The notes beneath the pieces are model-generated. The model searched no databases. It was not told the origin of the DNA and saw nothing but the letters and a program-made list of their open reading frames with translations. A DNA stretch of 30,574 nucleotides from an uncultured Phycisphaerales bacterium (lineage in GTDB: Bacteria > Planctomycetota > Phycisphaerae > Phycisphaerales > SM1A02), in NCBI GenBank assembly GCA_938084645.1, contig CALKEP010000073.1, positions 1 to 30,574 of the forward strand, given 5' to 3'. Numbering within the stretch: position 1 is the first letter of the stretch; every line of letters starts with the position of its first letter. Shown in pieces: positions 26,352 to 30,574 of the stretch. The position numbers and the translations under genes are program-made.

Positions 26352-27086
26352 ATGGCACTGCTCGAAGTCCAAGATCTCCAGAAGACCTATGGCGGCCGCC
26401 GCGTCGTCGACGGCGTCGGATTCACGGTCGAAGCCGGCGAGATCGTCGGACTGCTCGGTCGGAACGGTGCCGGAAAGACCACGTCCTTCCGGATGGCGAT
26501 CGGGATGCTCACGCCGGAGAAGGGTCAGGTGGTCTTCGACGGCCGTGACGTGACCACCGAGCCGATGTACAAGCACGCGAAGGCCGGCATGGGCTATCTC
26601 AGCCAGGAGCCGAGCGTCTTCCAGAAACTCTCGGTCGAACAGAACGTGATGGCCATTCTCGAGACCCGAGGTCTGGATCGTGATGCCCGACGCCGACGAT
26701 GCGACGAGCTCCTGGACCAGTTCGGGCTGACCCACAAGCGGAAGGAACAGGCTCGAACCTGTTCGGGCGGTGAACGCCGACGCCTCGAGATCGCCCGGGC
26801 CCTCGTGACCCGTCCCCGCCTGATGCTGCTCGACGAGCCCTTCGCCGCCGTGGATCCCCACACCGTCGAGGAACTCCAGACCGAAGTCCGCAAGCTCGCC
26901 GATGAAGGCATCGCGATGCTGGTCACCGACCACAACGTCCAGCAGACCATGCGGATCTGCGACCGCGCCTACATCATCCACCAGGGCAGGAACCTCCGGG
27001 ATGGCGACCCTCGGACGATCATCAACGATCCCGTGGTGAAGGACGCGTACCTCGCCAGCACCTTCCGCGGCGACGAGTTCGACTGA
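26352..27086 (+). CDS. lptB: LPS export ABC transporter ATP-binding protein
   Basis: GLLGRNGAGKTT, GYLSQEPSVFQKL, SGGERRRLEIARAL, LLDEPFAAVDP, VTDHNV, VKDAYL. Confidence 0.93.
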   Translation: MALLEVQDLQKTYGGRRVVDGVGFTVEAGEIVGLLGRNGAGKTTSFRMAIGMLTPEKGQVVFDGRDVTTEPMYKHAKAGMGYLSQEPSVFQKLSVEQNVMAILETRGLDRDARRRRCDELLDQFGLTHKRKEQARTCSGGERRRLEIARALVTRPRLMLLDEPFAAVDPHTVEELQTEVRKLADEGIAMLVTDHNVQQTMRICDRAYIIHQGRNLRDGDPRTIINDPVVKDAYLASTFRGDEFD

Positions 27087-27104
27087 TCACCGATCGACCG
27101 TCGG

Positions 27105-27587
27105 TCAACCGATGAAGCGGAAGGTCATCGGGTAGCGGAAGTACTCGCCATCCCGCCCGGTCGCGATCGCGCCGCGAACGCTGGAGATCAGCGTCACCGG
27201 GATCCAGACCACCAGGGCAAGCCACCCGACGATCGGAATCACGACCAGCACGGCGAACGTCAGCATGACGTTCATGAGTTCACGTCCCTGGTCGTCGACG
27301 AGTCGGGAGCGGTCCTTCAGGATGCCCCAGAAGATGATCACGCCGATCCAGAGCAGTGGAAGGGTTCCGGTCACCAGGCCGATGAACGGCCAGAGATGAC
27401 TCCCGACCAGCACCGTTCGGACGGTGCTGCAGACCTCGGGCTGGCGGACCCTTCCGGATGGACCGACGACGAAATCGCCCCCGGCCTGCCCGTGCGTCCG
27501 CTCCTGGCTCCATGCCGGCCCCGCGTCGTTCATGATTCCGGATCCTTGCATGCCGACTTCATGGGAAATCACCCCGCCCGATTTCAC
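27105..27587 (-). CDS. DUF4870-family membrane protein
   Basis: Three hydrophobic segments, KDRSRLVDDQGRELMN, GEYFRYPMTFRFI; start uncertain. Confidence 0.78.
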   Translation of the reverse strand: MKSGGVISHEVGMQGSGIMNDAGPAWSQERTHGQAGGDFVVGPSGRVRQPEVCSTVRTVLVGSHLWPFIGLVTGTLPLLWIGVIIFWGILKDRSRLVDDQGRELMNVMLTFAVLVVIPIVGWLALVVWIPVTLISSVRGAIATGRDGEYFRYPMTFRFIG

Positions 27588-27605
27588 GATTCCAGAAAGG
27601 CGACG

Positions 27606-28916
27606 TCAGGCCTCGAGGCCGTCCTCATCGTCCGAAGGTTGCAGCCGAATGACCGCGACCCGCTCGATCCTGGTCGGTTCCGCTTCGAGCACCTCGAAAC
27701 GGAGGCCGAGATCCTCCACCGACTCCCCGGCCTCCGGCACCCGACCCAGGCGTTCCAGGATGAATCCCGCGACGGTGTCGAAATCATCGTCCTCGGGCAG
27801 GGCGGTCTCGAGCATCTCGTTCAGATCGTAGATCTGGAATCGGGCGTCCATCTCCCATCGATCGTCTCCGACCCGGGCGATGGCGGGCGGGAGCTCCTCC
27901 TCGGTGTCGTGCTCGTCCTGGATCTCGCCGACGATCTCCTCGAGGACGTCCTCGATGGTCACGAGCCCGCTGGTCCCTCCGTATTCGTCGACCACGATGG
28001 CCATGTGGACCTCGCTCCGCTGGAAATCGCCGAGAAGATCCTGAACGGGCTTGGTCTCCGGAACGCGGATCGGTTGTCGAAGCAGTCGATCGAGTCGGAA
28101 GTCCTCCACCTCGGTGCCGAGATACGGCACGAGATCCTTCACGTAGAGGATGCCCCGGATCTCGTCGAGGTTGTCGCCGTAGACCGGAATGCGGGAGTGT
28201 CCCGCCTCGATGATGATCGATCGGATGGCGGCGAGATCGTCGGTCGACTGGATCCCCTCGATCTCGGTCCGAGGGGTCATCACGGTCCCCACCTCGGTGT
28301 TCGTGAAATCCACCACGTTCTCGAGCATCTCCGCGGCGACCTCGTCGAGATCCCCGCCGAGCGTGGTGTCCTCGATCGACCGACGCAGTCGGTCGCTCGC
28401 TTCCGCCTCCTGCAGATTGGCACCGCTGAGCCGACGGACGGCCTCGTCGATCACGCCGCTGATGCCGGCGAGGGGCCCGAGGACCAGATCGACCAGCCGA
28501 AGCATCGGAAGCGTCCGGACGAGCAGCGAGGTGCCGAGATGGGTGGCGAGCGAACCGGCCACGACGCCGGTGAGCAGCCAGAGCGTGAATGCCGATACCA
28601 CGCCGGCGAGCACGAGGTCGCCGGCATCCAGGGACGCCTCGGCGCCCCGGTCGGCGAAGATCACGAGATACGAGACGGTCACCGCCACGCTGCAGATGAT
28701 CCGCAGGAATGCGAACTCGGTCACCAGCCTCGATCGTCGCGTGAAGATCCACTCGACCCGGGACGTCTCCTCGGATTCCTCCGGCCCGGCGTTCCGGCGC
28801 CGCAACCGCTGCTCGAGCTCGCTTCGGCTCGGATCCTGCAGGGAAAGGCGAAGCGCGCTGCTCCACGCGGCGATGATCGCGCAGCCGACGAGGATGAGGA
28901 TCAGGAGACCACTCAT
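27606..28916 (-). CDS. Hemolysin-family CNNM-CBS-CorC/HlyC metal transporter
   Basis: N-terminal TM (DUF21) region, [56 protein letters not shown]. Confidence 0.92.
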   Translation of the reverse strand: MSGLLILILVGCAIIAAWSSALRLSLQDPSRSELEQRLRRRNAGPEESEETSRVEWIFTRRSRLVTEFAFLRIICSVAVTVSYLVIFADRGAEASLDAGDLVLAGVVSAFTLWLLTGVVAGSLATHLGTSLLVRTLPMLRLVDLVLGPLAGISGVIDEAVRRLSGANLQEAEASDRLRRSIEDTTLGGDLDEVAAEMLENVVDFTNTEVGTVMTPRTEIEGIQSTDDLAAIRSIIIEAGHSRIPVYGDNLDEIRGILYVKDLVPYLGTEVEDFRLDRLLRQPIRVPETKPVQDLLGDFQRSEVHMAIVVDEYGGTSGLVTIEDVLEEIVGEIQDEHDTEEELPPAIARVGDDRWEMDARFQIYDLNEMLETALPEDDDFDTVAGFILERLGRVPEAGESVEDLGLRFEVLEAEPTRIERVAVIRLQPSDDEDGLEA

Positions 28917-29213
28917 TCGGCGCCCCCTTCCACGCGATGGATCGGCACCACGCCGATCAGGCGGACATCGAGATCGTGCGCGTCATGCCCGAAGCCCTGT
29001 CGCAGTCCCTGCACGCAACGGAGGTGGAACCGGCGTCCGCCCGAGACGGCGTCGATGGAACCCTCGAATAACGCCGCGATTCCACCTGCACAAGCCGTGC
29101 GGGCCACGCCTCGCGGATGATCGGATCGTCCCGGTGGGAACATCATCTCGAGCCCCTTTTCAAGCATCGAATCGCCCCAGAATGCGACTCTTGTACCACT
29201 CGACTTCGGCTCG
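28831..29213. repeat. Copy 1 of a ~380-bp direct repeat (copy 2 at 30198..30574)
   Basis: Manual alignment shows about 20 substitutions and one 6-nt indel; the final 77 nt are identical. Confidence 0.95.
28913..29167 (-). pseudogene. ybeY: Decayed ybeY remnant, copy 1 (84-codon open frame)
   Basis: CVQGLRQGFGHDAHD matches the YbeY HGxLHxxGxDH pattern with two His changed to Gln; the stop overlaps the corC-like ATG (ATGA), matching the conserved ybeY-corC order. Confidence 0.55.
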
Positions 29214-30113
29214 CAAGCCCTCTTGCGGCGTGGTCTCGGGGCTGTACCCCAGCACTTGGCGAGCCTTCGTGATGTTTGCATGGGTTCGAAGTTGATCGCC
29301 ATGACGAGGCGGTTGCACCTCGATCCGAGCGGACCGACCGATGATCTCCTCGACGATCTCGATGCCCTCTCCCGTCGTGATCTCGATATCGGATCCGATG
29401 TTGAAGATCTCACCTTGGCAGGCCTCCAGGTGATCGAGCACGGACATCAGCCCCGCAACGATGTCGGCGACGTAGGTGAAACTCCGCGAGTGGGACCGGC
29501 TGCCCTCGTAGAGCGGAAACGGCTCGTCCCTCAGAATCGCGCGGATGAGGCGGGGATAGAGTTTTTCCGGACGCTCGCGCGGACCGTACACGGAGAACAG
29601 CCGGGTCGAGCAGGCGGGCAGGCCCTTGCTGCGTTGATACGAGAGCACGAGTTGCTCGGCCGCGAGTTTCGTGACGCCGTATCTGCTTGTCGGCATCGGA
29701 ACCGCCTGCTCGCTTTCGGTCGCGACCTCGCCGTAGACCGAACTTGTCGAGATGTTCACGAAACCGACGAGTGACTTCGATCCCGTGGCCGCCTCGGCCA
29801 GGCGCTGGGTCGCAACCACGTTGTCTCGAAGAAATTCGTCGAAGGAGGTGGCGGCATCGATCCCCGGTTGGGCCGCACAGTGGTAGATCACATTCACGCC
29901 GTCGACCGCAGCGGCCAGATCGTCCTCCGCGAGATCCAGCGAAACGACATCCACGCCCCGTTCCGCGAGGTCGCTTGCGTTCTCCTCCTTGAGCGAACGG
30001 GCGTAGTAGTCGGCATAGCGATCCAGCCCGAGGACCTGATGGCCAAGGTCCGCCAGCCCCTCGCAGAGATGACTGCCGATGAATCCGGCCGCCCCCGTGA
30101 CGAGGATCCTCAT
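29160..30113 (-). CDS. NAD-dependent NDP-sugar epimerase/dehydratase (WcaG / UDP-glucuronate 4-epimerase-like)
   Basis: ILVTGAAGFIGSH, HCAAQPG, STSSVYG, YGVTK, RLFSVYGPRERP, RSFTYVADI. Confidence 0.9.
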   Translation of the reverse strand: MRILVTGAAGFIGSHLCEGLADLGHQVLGLDRYADYYARSLKEENASDLAERGVDVVSLDLAEDDLAAAVDGVNVIYHCAAQPGIDAATSFDEFLRDNVVATQRLAEAATGSKSLVGFVNISTSSVYGEVATESEQAVPMPTSRYGVTKLAAEQLVLSYQRSKGLPACSTRLFSVYGPRERPEKLYPRLIRAILRDEPFPLYEGSRSHSRSFTYVADIVAGLMSVLDHLEACQGEIFNIGSDIEITTGEGIEIVEEIIGRSARIEVQPPRHGDQLRTHANITKARQVLGYSPETTPQEGLRAEVEWYKSRILGRFDA

Positions 30114-30277
30114 GTCGTCGCTCCATGATCATTCGTTACGGCTGCCGTCGTTTCCTCGGCACTCGTCAAACCCCAGCGACACCTCGAAGCAGACCCGGGA
30201 TCCTGCGGGGAACGGCGAAGCACGCTGCTCCACGCGGCGACGATCGCGCCGCCGACGAGGATGAGGAGACCACTCAT
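30110..30277 (-). pseudogene. Duplicated 5' fragment of the CNNM/CorC gene fused to unrelated sequence (55-codon frame)
   Basis: MSGLLILVGGAIVAAWSSVLRRSPQDP versus the intact [29 protein letters not shown]; homology stops near 30198 and the frame ends in an ATGA overlap with the epimerase start. Confidence 0.8.
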
Positions 30278-30574
30278 TCGGCGCCCCCTTCCACGCGATG
30301 GATCGGCACCATGCCGATCAGGCGGACATCGAGATCGTGCGCGTCATGCCCGCGGGCCTGTCGCAGTCCCTGCACGCAACGGAAGTGGAACCGGCGTCCG
30401 GCCGAGACGGCTTCGATGGAACCCGCGAACAACGCCGCGATTCCACCTGCACAAGCCGTGCCCGCCACGCCCCGCGGGTGATCGGATCGTCCCGGCCGGA
30501 ACATCATCTCGAGCCCCTTTTCAAGCATCGAATCGCCCCAGAATGCGACTCTTGTACCACTCGACTTCGGCTCG
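30198..30574. repeat. Copy 2 of the direct repeat, ending at the window edge inside a second epimerase 3' end
   Basis: See 28831..29213; 30521..30574 encodes the same epimerase C-terminus (RAEVEWYKSRILGRFDA*). Confidence 0.95.
30274..30528 (-). pseudogene. ybeY: Decayed ybeY remnant, copy 2
   Basis: CVQGLRQARGHDAHD; same length and same His-to-Gln changes as copy 1. Confidence 0.5.

Noticed and set aside
27396..29295. Plus-strand ORFs of 574 and 368 aa
   Set aside because: Antisense shadows of the CNNM/CorC gene
28831..30574. Terminal repeat as an IS element, prophage att site or CRISPR
   Set aside because: No transposase or integrase, no terminal inverted repeats, no repeat-spacer periodicity; the repeat is made of host gene fragments

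Overview
High-GC bacterial chromosomal segment with about 33 protein-coding genes. The gene content suggests Planctomycetota, probably Phycisphaerae (inference, not tested). I see no rRNA, tRNA, CRISPR array, integrase or transposase. Envelope/LPS functions dominate: kdsC, an LpxL-type acyltransferase, DUF368, galE, a PagL-like barrel, a PEGA lipoprotein, lptB and a second NDP-sugar epimerase. The window also holds rpsT, a FIST protein, a lone GspE/PilB ATPase, two orphan receiver domains, a NUDIX hydrolase, a Tat-exported PaoABC/xanthine-oxidase-family operon with a MocA-like gene and moaA, and a CNNM/CorC transporter. Highlights: (1) a giant minus-strand gene missing from the ORF track (start 2804, at least 934 codons, running off the left edge) sits in the lptC position after kdsC and looks like a membrane-anchored chain of LptC/LptA beta-jellyroll repeats. 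(2) An intact Ser/Thr kinase lies beside a paralogous pseudokinase. (3) A 78-aa Cys-rich protein is translationally coupled inside the molybdoenzyme operon. (4) A ~1.36-kb tandem duplication at the right end contains a decayed ybeY, a corC 5' fragment and an epimerase, linked by overlapping start/stop codons. (5) Several genes appear to have leaderless promoters. All calls come from motifs read by eye; no database searches were run.
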